Source of the DNA: an uncultured Gammaproteobacteria bacterium
GTDB taxonomy: Bacteria > Pseudomonadota > Gammaproteobacteria > Ga0077536
Direction: 5' to 3'
DNA: 64,000 nt
Assembly: GCA_938075585.1 (NCBI GenBank)
Contig: CALJHG010000004.1
Span: forward strand, 9,311-73,310
Shown: positions 19,986 to 30,366 of the stretch, in pieces
How the letters are laid out: each line of letters starts with the position of its first letter
How positions within the stretch are numbered: position 1 is the stretch's first letter
Notes under the pieces: model-generated
What the model was told of the DNA's origin: nothing
The model's database searches: none
The model's input: only the letters and a program-made list of their open reading frames with translations
Translations under genes and position numbers: made by a program

Positions 19986-20684
19986 ATAGTCTCTGATTTT
20001 TAGTAAATTTCTTCCATTTGGTTGGCACACAAGCACTGAATCTTGTTCGTACCAGTCGCCTAAAACGATTCGCTGGAGCGTTTTACAGTCGGCCTTAAAT
20101 ACATGGGTATTTGGTCTATGCGTGTGTCCGTGTATTAGCAGAGAAACTTCATATTTGCTCATAATCGTCTCAACCGTCTTTTGCTCAACATCCATAATCT
20201 CATTATCTTTTTTACGCATTGATGCGCTAGTTTTAGCTTGAGTTCTGTACGCAATTTTTTTTCGAATATAAAGTGGTATTAGTAGAAAAATTTGGATTAT
20301 CAGGGGGTGCCGCACTATTTTTCTAAATAGCTGATATTTAGTATCTTTAGTGCATAATAGATCACCGTGAGTAATTAATGTTTTAGTCCCGTAGAGATCA
20401 ATGAGTGCGTAGTCGGAGAGTAACTTGGCTCCTGTTTTCTCACAAAAATTTCGTCCGATGAGAAAATCCCGATTGCCGAGAGCAATGTATAAAGCCACAC
20501 CGTTATCAGACACAGCGCGGAGGGCAGCTAGGATATCAGGGTGAGGAGGGGTGTTATCATCATCTCCTAGCCACAAGTCGAAGAGATCTCCCAATATGTA
20601 AAGCGCTGCACATTTTTGTTGCGCAAATTTGAGGAACGCGAGAAAAAGTTCAACTTTCTTTTCTCGCTTATCGCTTAAGTGCAC
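19977..20684 (-). CDS. lpxH: UDP-2,3-diacylglucosamine diphosphatase
   Basis: ALYILGDLFDLWLGDDD, GNRDF and HGHTHRP calcineurin-like motifs. ppiB lies immediately upstream, as in the E. coli ppiB-lpxH operon. The GTG at 20682-20684 is the only canonical start, but the open frame continues upstream (…TTIFVSDVHLS) through the conserved DxH metal motif to a TAG at 20745-20747. The true N-terminus is probably upstream. Confidence 0.8.
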   Translation of the reverse strand: MHLSDKREKKVELFLAFLKFAQQKCAALYILGDLFDLWLGDDDNTPPHPDILAALRAVSDNGVALYIALGNRDFLIGRNFCEKTGAKLLSDYALIDLYGTKTLITHGDLLCTKDTKYQLFRKIVRHPLIIQIFLLIPLYIRKKIAYRTQAKTSASMRKKDNEIMDVEQKTVETIMSKYEVSLLIHGHTHRPNTHVFKADCKTLQRIVLGDWYEQDSVLVCQPNGRNLLKIRDYLR

Positions 20685-20736
20685 ATCAGATACAAAGATA
20701 GTGGTAACGCGCGCAGATGTATTGCCTTCTATCAGG

Positions 20737-21240
20737 TTAGTCTCCTAAAACAGACGCTTTAATGACCTCGATAGGTGTTACAGGCACGTCTTGATGACCA
20801 CCAGCCGATCCAGTTTCAACAGCTTTAATGGCGTTAACCGTGTCCATGCCATCTGTAACTTTTCCAAATACGCAATAGCCCCAGCCGCTTGGGGTTTCGC
20901 TTGTATGATTTAAGAACTCATTATCTTTTACATTGATGAAGAATTGAGACGAAGCTGAATGTGGGTCATTGGTTCTAGCCATAGCTACTGTGCCTGATAC
21001 GTTGCTTAGACCATTATTAGCTTCATTTTGAATAGGAGCATTTGTTGCTTGTTCCTGCATATTTTTGTTCATTCCCCCCCCTTGGATCATGAACCCGTCA
21101 ATCACTCTATGGAAGATGGTACCATTATAAAAATTATTTTCGACGTAAGCTTGAAAGTTCGCGGAGGTGCTAGGTGCTGCTGTTTCATTAAGCTCTATGA
21201 TGATGTCACCCATAGTGGTTTCGAATTTTACAGAAGTCAT
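20737..21240 (-). CDS. ppiB: peptidyl-prolyl cis-trans isomerase B (cyclophilin)
   Basis: 167 aa. Cyclophilin motifs [14 protein letters not shown] and SQFFIN. Confidence 0.9.
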   Translation of the reverse strand: MTSVKFETTMGDIIIELNETAAPSTSANFQAYVENNFYNGTIFHRVIDGFMIQGGGMNKNMQEQATNAPIQNEANNGLSNVSGTVAMARTNDPHSASSQFFINVKDNEFLNHTSETPSGWGYCVFGKVTDGMDTVNAIKAVETGSAGGHQDVPVTPIEVIKASVLGD

Positions 21241-21425
21241 ATGGTGTCCTAAATTTTTATCGATTGTAGATCAGTTAATTTGTTATTATACATTGTACCT
21301 AATTAGACGTAATGTCGCTAAAAGTAGGGGGGAAACTGATTTCCGTGTGCGTAAAAAGTCGCATACTAACTAAAACTCTTTATATTGTTAGACCATTTTT
21401 TTTGGATAGGTTGATAGCAATGTAA

Positions 21426-21454
21426 TTGACGGTATGCCTTAGCGTTAGTATCAT
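21426..21454 (+). promoter_or_regulatory. candidate sigma70 promoter of the tRNA Pro-Arg-His-Lys operon
   Basis: TTGACG (21426-21431), 17-nt spacer, TATCAT (21449-21454), then a GC-rich CCCGC discriminator typical of stringently controlled stable-RNA promoters. tRNA-Pro begins about 30 nt downstream. Confidence 0.45.
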
Positions 21455-21485
21455 CCCGCAATCGTTTTTGCTGGGAATCATGACT

Positions 21486-21562
<77 letters not shown>

Positions 21563-21679
21563 ACTTGAGTGGTTAAAAAGTCATGATTTTAAACATTTAG
21601 GCATTTGCAAGTTCAATTGCTTACGCTTAATGTGGTGATCGGGAGTTTTATAACGTTTCCGCGCAACGGTTGGATTAAT

Positions 21680-21756
21680 GCGCCTGTAGCTCATTTGGAT
21701 AGAGCATCGGCCTTCTAAGCCGAGGGTAGCAGGTTCGAATCCTGCCAGGCGTGCCA
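21680..21756 (+). tRNA. tRNA-Arg (anticodon TCT)
   Basis: Anticodon loop cttctaa and GGTTCGAATCC T-loop. Closely resembles E. coli argU. Confidence 0.9.
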
Positions 21757-21817
21757 GTTTGTGGAACGGTTGTATTAGCTAAATGGTTGTCGAGAATGAG
21801 AAATTATAGATAACAAT

Positions 21818-21894
21818 GGTGGGCGTAGCTCAGCTGGTAGAGCACGGGATTGTGATTCCTGAGGTCGTGGGTTCGAACCCCATCGTCCACCCCA
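21818..21894 (+). tRNA. tRNA-His (anticodon GTG)
   Basis: Near-identical to E. coli hisR, including the extra 5' G(-1): GGTGG..GGATTGTGATTCC..GGTTCGAA..CCACCCCA. Confidence 0.95.
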
Positions 21895-21950
21895 ATCTAT
21901 TGCGATAACTAGTTGCTATATACCCCTATGGGGTGGTAAATTTTTTTAAC

Positions 21951-22026
<76 letters not shown>

Positions 22027-22099
22027 AATTTTCAAGGCTGAGCGAATAATTTTGGTTATTCTTTCTTCTTCCGAAAAATCCCCGGTTAGTACTTTGAGG

Positions 22100-22810
22100 A
22101 TGGACTCTGACTCTCCTTATGTTTTTGTTTGCGATCATGCTGGTTGGCAGGTGCCTGCTAGCCTAGAAGGGCTTGGTTTAACCAAGAGAGATTTGAAGCG
22201 CCATATAGGCTGGGACATTGGCGCTCTCGCAGTGGCTAGGAAGCTTTCTAATATCTTAAGCGCGCCTTTAATTTGGCAAAATTATTCTCGCTTGGTTATC
22301 GATTGTAATCGAGTACTGGATCACCCGGGACTGATTGCGGTTGAAAGCGACAGAACAATCATTCCTGGAAACATGAATGTCACCAAGGATGGTATCCGCA
22401 GCAGGATTCGCGAAGTGTATCAACCGTATCACGGGACGATTAAAAAACTACTAGATGCGAGAAAGTCGAGAAGTACGCCCACTATTCTCGTGTCAATTCA
22501 TAGTTTCACTCCGGTATTCCGTGGAATCAAAAGAGCGTGTGAACTCGGAGTTTTGTTTGGTTCGGATGCGCGATACGCACGTACGTTCTTAAACAGTACC
22601 AAAGCCAATTTTGATTTTTTAGTAATGGCGAACGAACCATATAGGGTAGATGAAAAAGATTGTACCATTCCTATGCATGCTATAATTAGAGGAAATCTGA
22701 ACGTACTTTTAGAGATCCGACAAGATTTAATTGTGAGTGGTGCGCAGCAGGAACTTTGGGTGAGTGGTTTAGCCGGAGCGCTAGAGGATGCTACGTCACA
22801 AATTTTGTGA
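22100..22810 (+). CDS. N-formylglutamate amidohydrolase-family protein
   Basis: YVFVCDHAGWQVP and IHSFTPVF motifs of PF05013. The ORF track start at 22016 lies inside tRNA-Lys. The ATG at 22100 (MDSDSPYVFVCDHAG) is the plausible start. Confidence 0.7.
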   Translation: MDSDSPYVFVCDHAGWQVPASLEGLGLTKRDLKRHIGWDIGALAVARKLSNILSAPLIWQNYSRLVIDCNRVLDHPGLIAVESDRTIIPGNMNVTKDGIRSRIREVYQPYHGTIKKLLDARKSRSTPTILVSIHSFTPVFRGIKRACELGVLFGSDARYARTFLNSTKANFDFLVMANEPYRVDEKDCTIPMHAIIRGNLNVLLEIRQDLIVSGAQQELWVSGLAGALEDATSQIL

Positions 22811-22871
22811 TCTCGTTACAGTTGAACACCCAATCACTATACCTAGACTAAGTATAGAGACGATTTATATA

Positions 22872-24056
22872 CTAGGTCTTAGGATCATAACCTGCTTCAT
22901 TGGGGAACCCTTTAATATCAGGGGCAGGGTAGTAACGTTTCTCGCCCAAGGCATCCACACGATCAAAAAAATCTTGATCTGCGGCTAGTCCCATTACTTC
23001 GCCAATATCCCGAAGGTTCATTGCTTGTCGAAACATGTTCCAGGAGTCTGGGTGTAGGTTTATCGCAGTGGCTAAAAACTTATCGCCTTCCGCTTCCTTC
23101 CCATTCAGACGTAAGTAAACGCCGAGGTGGAAGTTGGCATGAGCTAAGGCTATTGATTTAGATGGCAATTGCATGTGTCGCTTGGCAGCATCGGTATCAT
23201 ACGCATTTTCTGCGATAGCCCCATTTATCGCCCAATCTTTTACAGCATCCAGATAAGTTGTTTGCGCTCTTGAAGCCAAATCTAGCGCCTCGTCCGTTTG
23301 AGAGAAGTCTTGTCTGTTCATAGAACGAAATGCATCGTGAGATCCCGCGGTCTCACTCGGTCTTACTATTTTCCCGAATTCATCAATCCATACCGCATTA
23401 GGAACATTTACCATATTGTAGAGATCTGCCACCTGATGGGTTTGATCAATAAGACAAAGATAGCTCGGGTTAGCTTCGTCTATGAATTCTCGCGCTGTTT
23501 CCGCACCTCTGCTTTCTTGAGCGACTGCGATAATTAGAAAGTCATCGTTTCCAACTTCATCATACATAGCTTGCCACACGGGCAAGTCATGTCTGCATCC
23601 TCACCAGGACGACCAGGTTGTTAAAAAGATACGTTTTCCCCGATAGTCCGAAAGTGAGTGAAACTCTCCATCGAGATCTGGCAATCTGAAGTCCGGCGCC
23701 TCGAGAGAAGTGAGTTTTTCTGATCGCTCTTTATATCCTGCTCCCAGCAACCATGTTTCTCTCGTTTCGTCATATAAGACAGGTTTCTCCATTAAGCGCC
23801 AAAATTGCGACACATTTAGATGCTTATTCTCTAGGAACCCTGTTTCGGTATCACTCGGATATGGGATACATTTCTCGTCTTGACACAAGCCTTCAGGCTT
23901 CATAGTCCAACCGAGCTTTTGCTCAACATCTTTCCTAGTTAACCAAAGATCGTTATCTTTTATTTGCGCGTTAACAGCTAGAGTTTGATGTTCGTGAATA
24001 ACTGTGACCATTTTCATATCCTTGGGCGTGATAATTGGGTTAACTGTACTCTTCAT
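22872..24056 (-). CDS. candidate selenoprotein: AhpC/TSA-redoxin family thiol-disulfide oxidoreductase with N- and C-terminal extra domains, in-frame TGA (Sec) at 23601-23603
   Basis: ORFs 23601..24056 and 22872..23585 are in the same frame, separated only by a TGA. The junction reads ...APDFRLPDLDGEFHSLSDYRGKRIFLTTWSSW-[TGA]-GCRHDLPVWQAMYDEVGNDDFLIIAVAQE... This is one continuous redoxin domain, with TGA at the first Cys of the WCxxC-type motif. A SECIS-like hairpin sits 14 nt downstream. Confidence 0.6.
23565..23591 (-). promoter_or_regulatory. SECIS-like mRNA stem-loop downstream of in-frame UGA
   Basis: On the mRNA, UGA is followed by ggaugcaga, then cauga-CUUGCC-CGUGU-GGCAAG-cuaug. This is a perfect 6-bp upper stem with a 5-nt loop containing GU, a 3-4 bp lower stem with one mismatch, and an apical loop about 20-25 nt after UGA. 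Core at 23570..23586. Confidence 0.45.
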
Positions 24057-24120
24057 CGTGTCCTCACGTGAGTATATCGATAATCATAGCTAAAACAACT
24101 GAAATTCATGGCGTATCCTG

Positions 24121-25488
24121 CTAACCGTTATTTTTGTCTGACACCAAATCAATATCTTCATCAAGTGGCACCTTTGCTCTTAATTGTAAGCGTGCATCGT
24201 CATCGCCTATTTGTATGTGTTCCATATTCGCCATCTCGCTTTTTGTTTTAGTCGATAGGGTCGCGAATCTTTGGACCTTTCCTGCTAATCCTTGATTTCC
24301 AATCAGGGCTGTTCTCAAACTATTCCAATGATTCCCCACAGCCTTTAACGAATTGCCAAGCTTATCCGTTCGATTACTGACTTCACAAACAGCGTTATAT
24401 ATTTCCATGGCTTTGTCGCCGAGTTCGGTGGCATGGTTACTTGTGCTGTATAGAGTCCATACAGCTGAAATGACCCGCAGAATAGGGATCAAAGTGGTAT
24501 GCGATACTAATATGACATTTTTTTCGTATCCATAGCTAAATAGTCCCCTGTCATGTTTGAGTGCTTCAATGAATGCTGGTTCAATGGGCATAAATAGGAA
24601 GGTGAAATCAGGACTTTGGACATCCGCTATACTCGGGTAATCCTTTCTGGACAGATCGTCTATATACTTTTTCACCGCAGCCACATGAGCAGTCATTGCA
24701 ACCATGGTCTCTTCATCGGTTTTTGCTGAAATAGCCCGATCATAGTCGAGTAGGGTCATTTTACTATCTATGATAAATCCCCCACCATTTGGCAGGTAAA
24801 TAATAAAGTCGGTTTGCTTCTTTGCTCCTCCGTCGGAGCTGAAGCTGTCTTGTTTGGTATAGTGGGTGACCTCGACTAACCCACTCATTTGCAAAGTCCT
24901 TTCGAGCTGGGCCTCGCCCCACGCTCCTCGATATTGGGAGTTACCTTTTAGAGCAGCGGTTAAATTTTTTGCATCTTCGCTCAGCGCTGAACCTACTTCA
25001 GCATACTTTTTTATCTCCGAAACCAAATTAGTATTTCCCTTAATCGCTTCAGTGTGTACTTCATTGACTCTTTTTTGGAAGCTCTCAATTTGATCTTTGA
25101 AAGGTCTGAGCATTGCATTCAGTGTGGACTGGCTAGAATCTGAAAAGCTTTTTCCTTTTTCCTCAAAAATTTTGTTTGCTAAATTCTCGAACTCTTTTTT
25201 AAGACGAGCCTCAGATTGCTCGAGCAACTGGACTTTATCTTCGTTGGCTTTCTGTTTTTCCTCTATTTGCGTTTGAAGGCGGATATTTTCCTGACTGAGA
25301 GCCTTATTTTCTAAAATATAATTATCTATTTCCGAGTGTAGCCGAGCTATCTCTTTCACTAGTTCATCATGCTTTTGAAGGTTAGCATCCATCCCTAAAA
25401 CTTGGGCCCTCCGGATCAATATGTATCCGACTATTGCCAATAGGCCCATAGCGCCGAGAAGAATGAACTCGATTACCGTTTCTTCCAT
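24121..25488 (-). CDS. rmuC: DNA recombination protein RmuC
   Basis: N-terminal transmembrane helix, long coiled-coil, and a C-terminal RmuC nuclease-like domain (FLFMPIEPAFIEAL). 455 aa. Confidence 0.85.
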   Translation of the reverse strand: MEETVIEFILLGAMGLLAIVGYILIRRAQVLGMDANLQKHDELVKEIARLHSEIDNYILENKALSQENIRLQTQIEEKQKANEDKVQLLEQSEARLKKEFENLANKIFEEKGKSFSDSSQSTLNAMLRPFKDQIESFQKRVNEVHTEAIKGNTNLVSEIKKYAEVGSALSEDAKNLTAALKGNSQYRGAWGEAQLERTLQMSGLVEVTHYTKQDSFSSDGGAKKQTDFIIYLPNGGGFIIDSKMTLLDYDRAISAKTDEETMVAMTAHVAAVKKYIDDLSRKDYPSIADVQSPDFTFLFMPIEPAFIEALKHDRGLFSYGYEKNVILVSHTTLIPILRVISAVWTLYSTSNHATELGDKAMEIYNAVCEVSNRTDKLGNSLKAVGNHWNSLRTALIGNQGLAGKVQRFATLSTKTKSEMANMEHIQIGDDDARLQLRAKVPLDEDIDLVSDKNNG

Positions 25489-25531
25489 TTTTTACTCTAT
25501 AGATTGACGCCAAAAATTAGCATGTTTGCAC

Positions 25532-26593
25532 TTATGCTATCGCTTGTAGAACCATATTGATAGGTGTCTCGGCAACTCTATTGACGCTAGAAAACCCTGC
25601 TTCTCGAAGTACGTCAGCAATACGTTTTTCGCCAGCTTGCGCCCCTAGACAGAGGCCCACTTCCTGCGAGCGAGACACGGGGACGCAAATGGTCGTGGAG
25701 AAACCGTACATTATTCCTGAAAAAAGATTCATATTCTCTTTTAGACTATCAGCCGCGTTTGGTTCAACTACCATAAACGTGCCTCCTGGCTTCAGCGATT
25801 TTTTTATGTGCCTTGCTGCGCCCACCGGATCACCCATGTCATGCAGTGCATCGAAGATACAGACCAAATCGTAATCTTTTCCTGGAAATTCTTTCGCGAG
25901 AACTTGCTCAAATAGGACGTTTGTTATTCCTTTTTCCTTGGCTTCGTTTCGAGCAGACTCTATGGAAGCTCCATGGAAATCAAATCCGTGAATTTGTGAC
26001 AGCGGGTATGCCTCGCCCATCAATAATGATGAGGCGCCTAATCCACAGCCTATGTCGGCAACTTTCCCACCTGATTTGAGAGTAGGTTCCACGCCCTTCA
26101 GCGAAGGTATCCATTCGGAGGTGAGAGAGGATGCGTAGCCTGGGCGGAAGAATCTATCCGTCCCGCAAAAACAGCAAGAATGGTGATCTTCCCAAGGCCG
26201 GCCCTCACCTGATTTGAATATGTCGATTGCCGTATCGTGAGTCGCATATTGAGCAACTACAGCTTGAAAAAATCCTTGCATACAGGTGGGTTCGCCTTCT
26301 CGAGAAAAAATGGCCGCTTGTTCGGGAGTCAAATCAAAAGTGTCTGCTTCTGCGTTATATTCGATGTAACCCATGGCCGCATTTGACGATAACCATTCCC
26401 TAAGATAGCGGGCATCGACATCAGTTTTTTTCGCTAACGCCTCGTGCTTACAGGGCCCTAGTTCCTCCATAGCCCGGTAGATACCAGTCTGATCACCTAT
26501 GTAAGCCATAAGCAATCCGACAGCGCCAGCGGCATTTCCCATGACGCGACCTTGCAATTCTTGAAGTTTTTTTTCGTTGTATGATGGTGTCAT
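25532..26593 (-). CDS. class I SAM-dependent methyltransferase with an N-terminal winged-helix/dimerisation domain
   Basis: VADIGCGLGASS SAM-binding motif I and an acidic motif II (CIFDALHDM). Confidence 0.7.
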   Translation of the reverse strand: MTPSYNEKKLQELQGRVMGNAAGAVGLLMAYIGDQTGIYRAMEELGPCKHEALAKKTDVDARYLREWLSSNAAMGYIEYNAEADTFDLTPEQAAIFSREGEPTCMQGFFQAVVAQYATHDTAIDIFKSGEGRPWEDHHSCCFCGTDRFFRPGYASSLTSEWIPSLKGVEPTLKSGGKVADIGCGLGASSLLMGEAYPLSQIHGFDFHGASIESARNEAKEKGITNVLFEQVLAKEFPGKDYDLVCIFDALHDMGDPVGAARHIKKSLKPGGTFMVVEPNAADSLKENMNLFSGIMYGFSTTICVPVSRSQEVGLCLGAQAGEKRIADVLREAGFSSVNRVAETPINMVLQAIA

Positions 26594-26847
26594 GATTCTC
26601 GTTCCCCTAGCTTGATTGGTATTATTTAGAATATAACGTAACCAAATTCAATAGGAAATGGAATAAACCCCTATTTTATAGGTAAATTGGGGGGGGTGTT
26701 AAGACTGTATCCTTAAACATATAATAGTAGTGGAGTGTCGGTCGCCTTGAGATTTTTTTGGTGAACGCCAAAACGGATTTATTGAATTGTTTTTGGCGTA
26801 ATTTTAAAAGAACAGGCACTATATTTTGTTGTCGGTACTTTAGATAA

Positions 26848-26933
<86 letters not shown>

Positions 26934-26985
26934 TCTATGGTATGCCATAACGTAATTGTTTGAACGAACTTAGAGCAAAGTAGTA

Positions 26986-28302
26986 ATGCAAATTTCTTTA
27001 GAAAATACGTCCGCTTTAGAGCGCCGATTAACTGTAACGGTCCCTGAGGAGGCAATAGTTGATAAGGTTAAGTCGAGACTTGATGAGCTCGTGAGAACTG
27101 TTAAGGTTGATGGCTTCAGAAAGGGTAAAGTACCGATGTCTGTTGTGACTCAACGCTTTGGGCCCCAGGCGCGTGACGAAGTGGTGAACGAGTTATTGCA
27201 GAGTAGTTTTAGTGAAGCGCTTGGTAAAGAGGACCTACGTCCCGCAGGTCAACCGAAAATAGACGAGGTCGCCACGGCAAAGGGACAAGGGTTGAAATAT
27301 TGCGCACTATTTGAGGTTTTTCCATCTATAGAGCCGGCTGAGCTCAGTGGAATCAAAATTACAAAAGCATCGTGCGAGATTCAAGATAACGATTTAGAAA
27401 CCGTAATAAGTCAGTTGCGGGACCATCACAAGGTATGGAGTGAAGTCGATCGACCGTCTCAAGATGGTGATCAACTAGCTATAGATTTTAAAGGCTCTAT
27501 TAATGGGGAAGTTTTTGAAGGAGGCACTGGATCGGATTTTGAGGTATCGCTGGGCTCTGGGACTATGATTGAGGGCTTTGAGTCTGGATTAATTGGACAA
27601 TCCAAAGGTGATAAGCCGGTTTTAGACCTGAAGTTTCCCGATGAGTATCAAAACAAGCCTTTGGCGGGGAAAGATGTAACCTTCGAAATTGAAATCAAAA
27701 AAATTTCGGAAAGTAAGCTGCCTGAATTGGATGAAGTCTTTTTTGAAAAATTCGGCGTAAAAGACGGTGGGGAGGAAGCTTTTAGGAAGCAAGTTCGGGA
27801 AAACATGGAGAAAGAAAGCAAAAAAGCGGAAGCGTTGAAATTCCGCAATGAAGTGATGGAAAAAGTTATGGAAGTCAATACTTTTGATATTCCAGAGGCA
27901 CTCATTTTGGATGAAATAGGACGTCAGAAACAGCAAATGGCGCAAGATATGATGATGCGAGGACTTAACCCAGCAGAAGAATCGGAGGAGTTTGATAAAC
28001 TTGTTCGAGAGAGAGCGTCTGGTAGCGTTAAAATGGGTCTTTTGATGGCTGAAATTATTAAACGGCATGAGCTAAAAGCCGAGCCAAGTAAGGTTAAAGA
28101 GATGATAGAGAATATGTCGGCAGGCTATGAAGATTCCGAAGCGGTTACCAAGTGGTACTATGATAATCCGGAGCATATGAAACAAGTCGAGGGAGCATGC
28201 TTAGAGGAAGTAGTGGTAGATTGGCTTGCGTCTCAGGCTGAGGTGGTTGATGAGACGATCTCGTTTGACGCACTTATGAATCCGGTGCAGACTACAAAAT
28301 AA
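26986..28302 (+). CDS. tig: trigger factor
   Basis: 438 aa. N-terminal ribosome-binding domain (GFRKGKVP), a central FKBP domain, and the tig-clpP-clpX-lon synteny. Confidence 0.95.
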   Translation: MQISLENTSALERRLTVTVPEEAIVDKVKSRLDELVRTVKVDGFRKGKVPMSVVTQRFGPQARDEVVNELLQSSFSEALGKEDLRPAGQPKIDEVATAKGQGLKYCALFEVFPSIEPAELSGIKITKASCEIQDNDLETVISQLRDHHKVWSEVDRPSQDGDQLAIDFKGSINGEVFEGGTGSDFEVSLGSGTMIEGFESGLIGQSKGDKPVLDLKFPDEYQNKPLAGKDVTFEIEIKKISESKLPELDEVFFEKFGVKDGGEEAFRKQVRENMEKESKKAEALKFRNEVMEKVMEVNTFDIPEALILDEIGRQKQQMAQDMMMRGLNPAEESEEFDKLVRERASGSVKMGLLMAEIIKRHELKAEPSKVKEMIENMSAGYEDSEAVTKWYYDNPEHMKQVEGACLEEVVVDWLASQAEVVDETISFDALMNPVQTTK

Positions 28303-28318
28303 GAAGAGGCAGTATTTA

Positions 28319-28969
28319 ATGGGTATAGAACTTTCTGATTTTTCTAATAGTGAGGCTCCGCGTGCTTTAAACTTAGTTCCTATGGTAGTGGAGCAAAGTG
28401 CTCGTGGCGAGCGAGCATATGATATTTACTCGCGGCTGCTCAAGGAGAGAGTCATATTCTTGGTAGGCCCAGTCGAAGATTATGTTTCCAACGTTTTAGT
28501 AGCTCAGCTTCTGTTCCTTGAGTCTGAAAATCCTGACAAAGACATACATCTTTATATTAATTCGCCAGGCGGTTCCGTCTCAGCGGGTCTTGCGATTTAT
28601 GACACGATGCAATTTATTAAGCCGGATGTGAGCACAATGTGTATTGGACAAGCTGCCAGCATGGGTGCACTTTTGCTTGCGGGTGGCGCAGCCAAAAAAC
28701 GCTACTGCTTAACCCATTCGCGGATGATGATCCACCAGCCGCTTGGTGGATTTCAGGGGCAAGCCTCTGATTTCGATATCCACGCTAAAGAAATTTTAAA
28801 GGCTAGAGAGCGATTGAATCAGATATTAGTAAGTCATACGGGTCAGCCACTAGAAAAAATTGAAGCCGATACCGATCGTGACCGATTTATGAGCGGCGAG
28901 GAAGCACGAGACTATGGCTTGATAGACGAAGTATTGCTGTCGCGCGATAATTCAAAAGAGGTGGTGTAA
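28319..28969 (+). CDS. clpP: ATP-dependent Clp protease proteolytic subunit
   Basis: Ser-His-Asp triad context: [25 protein letters not shown]. Confidence 0.95.
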   Translation: MGIELSDFSNSEAPRALNLVPMVVEQSARGERAYDIYSRLLKERVIFLVGPVEDYVSNVLVAQLLFLESENPDKDIHLYINSPGGSVSAGLAIYDTMQFIKPDVSTMCIGQAASMGALLLAGGAAKKRYCLTHSRMMIHQPLGGFQGQASDFDIHAKEILKARERLNQILVSHTGQPLEKIEADTDRDRFMSGEEARDYGLIDEVLLSRDNSKEVV

Positions 28970-28973
28970 GCAT

Positions 28974-30251
28974 ATGAGTGATGGTGACGAGACTAAGACA
29001 GAAACCGATAAGCTCCTTTATTGCTCTTTCTGTGGAAAAAGCCAACACGAAGTAAAAAAGTTAATCGCCGGCCCGTCAGTATTTATTTGCGACGAATGTG
29101 TTGAGCTTTGTAATGACATTATACGCGAAGAAATACAAGAAAAATCATCGAGTAAAGAGGGCGGTAAACTACCTATTCCGGCGGAGATTAAAGAAAATTT
29201 AGATGACTATGTTATCGGGCAGAAAGATGCAAAAAAGATCTTATCTGTCGCAGTGTATAATCACTACAAAAGACTAGACACTAGGGTGAGACAAAACGAT
29301 ATTGAGCTTGCGAAAAGTAACGTGTTGCTAATTGGGCCTACTGGCAGCGGCAAAACTTTACTTGCCGAGACTTTGGCACGACTGCTCAATGTTCCTTTCA
29401 CTATAGCCGATGCTACAACGTTAACCGAAGCGGGTTATGTCGGCGAAGATGTGGAAAACATTATTCAGAAGTTATTGCAGAAATGTGACTATGATGTGGA
29501 GAAGGCACAAACCGGAATAGTCTATATTGATGAGATCGACAAGATTTCTCGAAAGTCGGATAACCCATCTATAACTAGGGATGTTTCAGGAGAGGGAGTG
29601 CAGCAAGCTCTTCTCAAATTAATTGAAGGTACTGTCGCGTCGGTCCCTCCTCAAGGAGGGAGAAAACATCCTCAGCAGGAATTTTTACAAGTTGATACCA
29701 GCAATATTTTGTTTATTTGTGGCGGTGCGTTCGCAGGTCTGGATCGAGTTGTAAGAGATCGATCGGAAAAAAGCGGAATGGGTTTTTCAGCAGATGTGAA
29801 AGGTGAAGCCGAGAAGAAAACGTCGTCGGAATTATTTGGACAGATTGAACCCGAAGATCTGGTTAAATACGGCTTGATCCCTGAATTTGTCGGACGATTG
29901 CCGGTGCTTGCAGTATTGGATGAACTTGATGTTGAGCAACTAGTTCAGATACTTGTAGAGCCCAAAAATTCTTTAACTAAGCAATACGCGAAACTATTCG
30001 AAATGGAGTCTTGTGAACTCGAGTTTCGAGATGATGCTCTTAAGGCTGTTGCCGAAAGAGCGCTAGAAAGAAAGAGTGGTGCCCGCGGATTGCGCTCCAT
30101 ACTTGAAAAAAATCTTTTAGACACCATGTATGAATTACCGTCGCTTGAAAACGCGACAAAAGTTGTAGTGGATGAGAGCGCGATAAATGGCGAAGGAAAT
30201 CCATTGGTGATATATGAGAATGCGGATGTCTCAAAGGCGGCGTCCGATTAG
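28974..30251 (+). CDS. clpX: ATP-dependent Clp protease ATP-binding subunit ClpX
   Basis: N-terminal zinc-binding CSFCGK...CDEC, Walker A GPTGSGKT, and the IGF-like loop region. Confidence 0.95.
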   Translation: MSDGDETKTETDKLLYCSFCGKSQHEVKKLIAGPSVFICDECVELCNDIIREEIQEKSSSKEGGKLPIPAEIKENLDDYVIGQKDAKKILSVAVYNHYKRLDTRVRQNDIELAKSNVLLIGPTGSGKTLLAETLARLLNVPFTIADATTLTEAGYVGEDVENIIQKLLQKCDYDVEKAQTGIVYIDEIDKISRKSDNPSITRDVSGEGVQQALLKLIEGTVASVPPQGGRKHPQQEFLQVDTSNILFICGGAFAGLDRVVRDRSEKSGMGFSADVKGEAEKKTSSELFGQIEPEDLVKYGLIPEFVGRLPVLAVLDELDVEQLVQILVEPKNSLTKQYAKLFEMESCELEFRDDALKAVAERALERKSGARGLRSILEKNLLDTMYELPSLENATKVVVDESAINGEGNPLVIYENADVSKAASD

Positions 30252-30366
30252 CTAGTTCTGTAGCCATGAACTCTTTAGCGTAGCTATAGTGGCAACTGGT
30301 TGCGTTACTGGCATTCTAAGTAACTGAATTTTAGGCGCATGAATAGTGCTTGAGGAGAATGACAGT

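Noticed and set aside
22842-22884. AT-rich imperfect inverted repeat between the convergent FGase gene and the selenoprotein-candidate redoxin gene.
   Set aside because: The stem has several bulges and overlaps the last codons of 22872..24056. It is plausible as a bidirectional terminator but too weak to list as a feature.
27622-28068. Two antisense ORFs (148 and 85 aa) inside tig.
   Set aside because: Low-complexity translations of the antisense strand of a Lys/Glu-rich stretch of tig. tig itself is a strong, full-length match.
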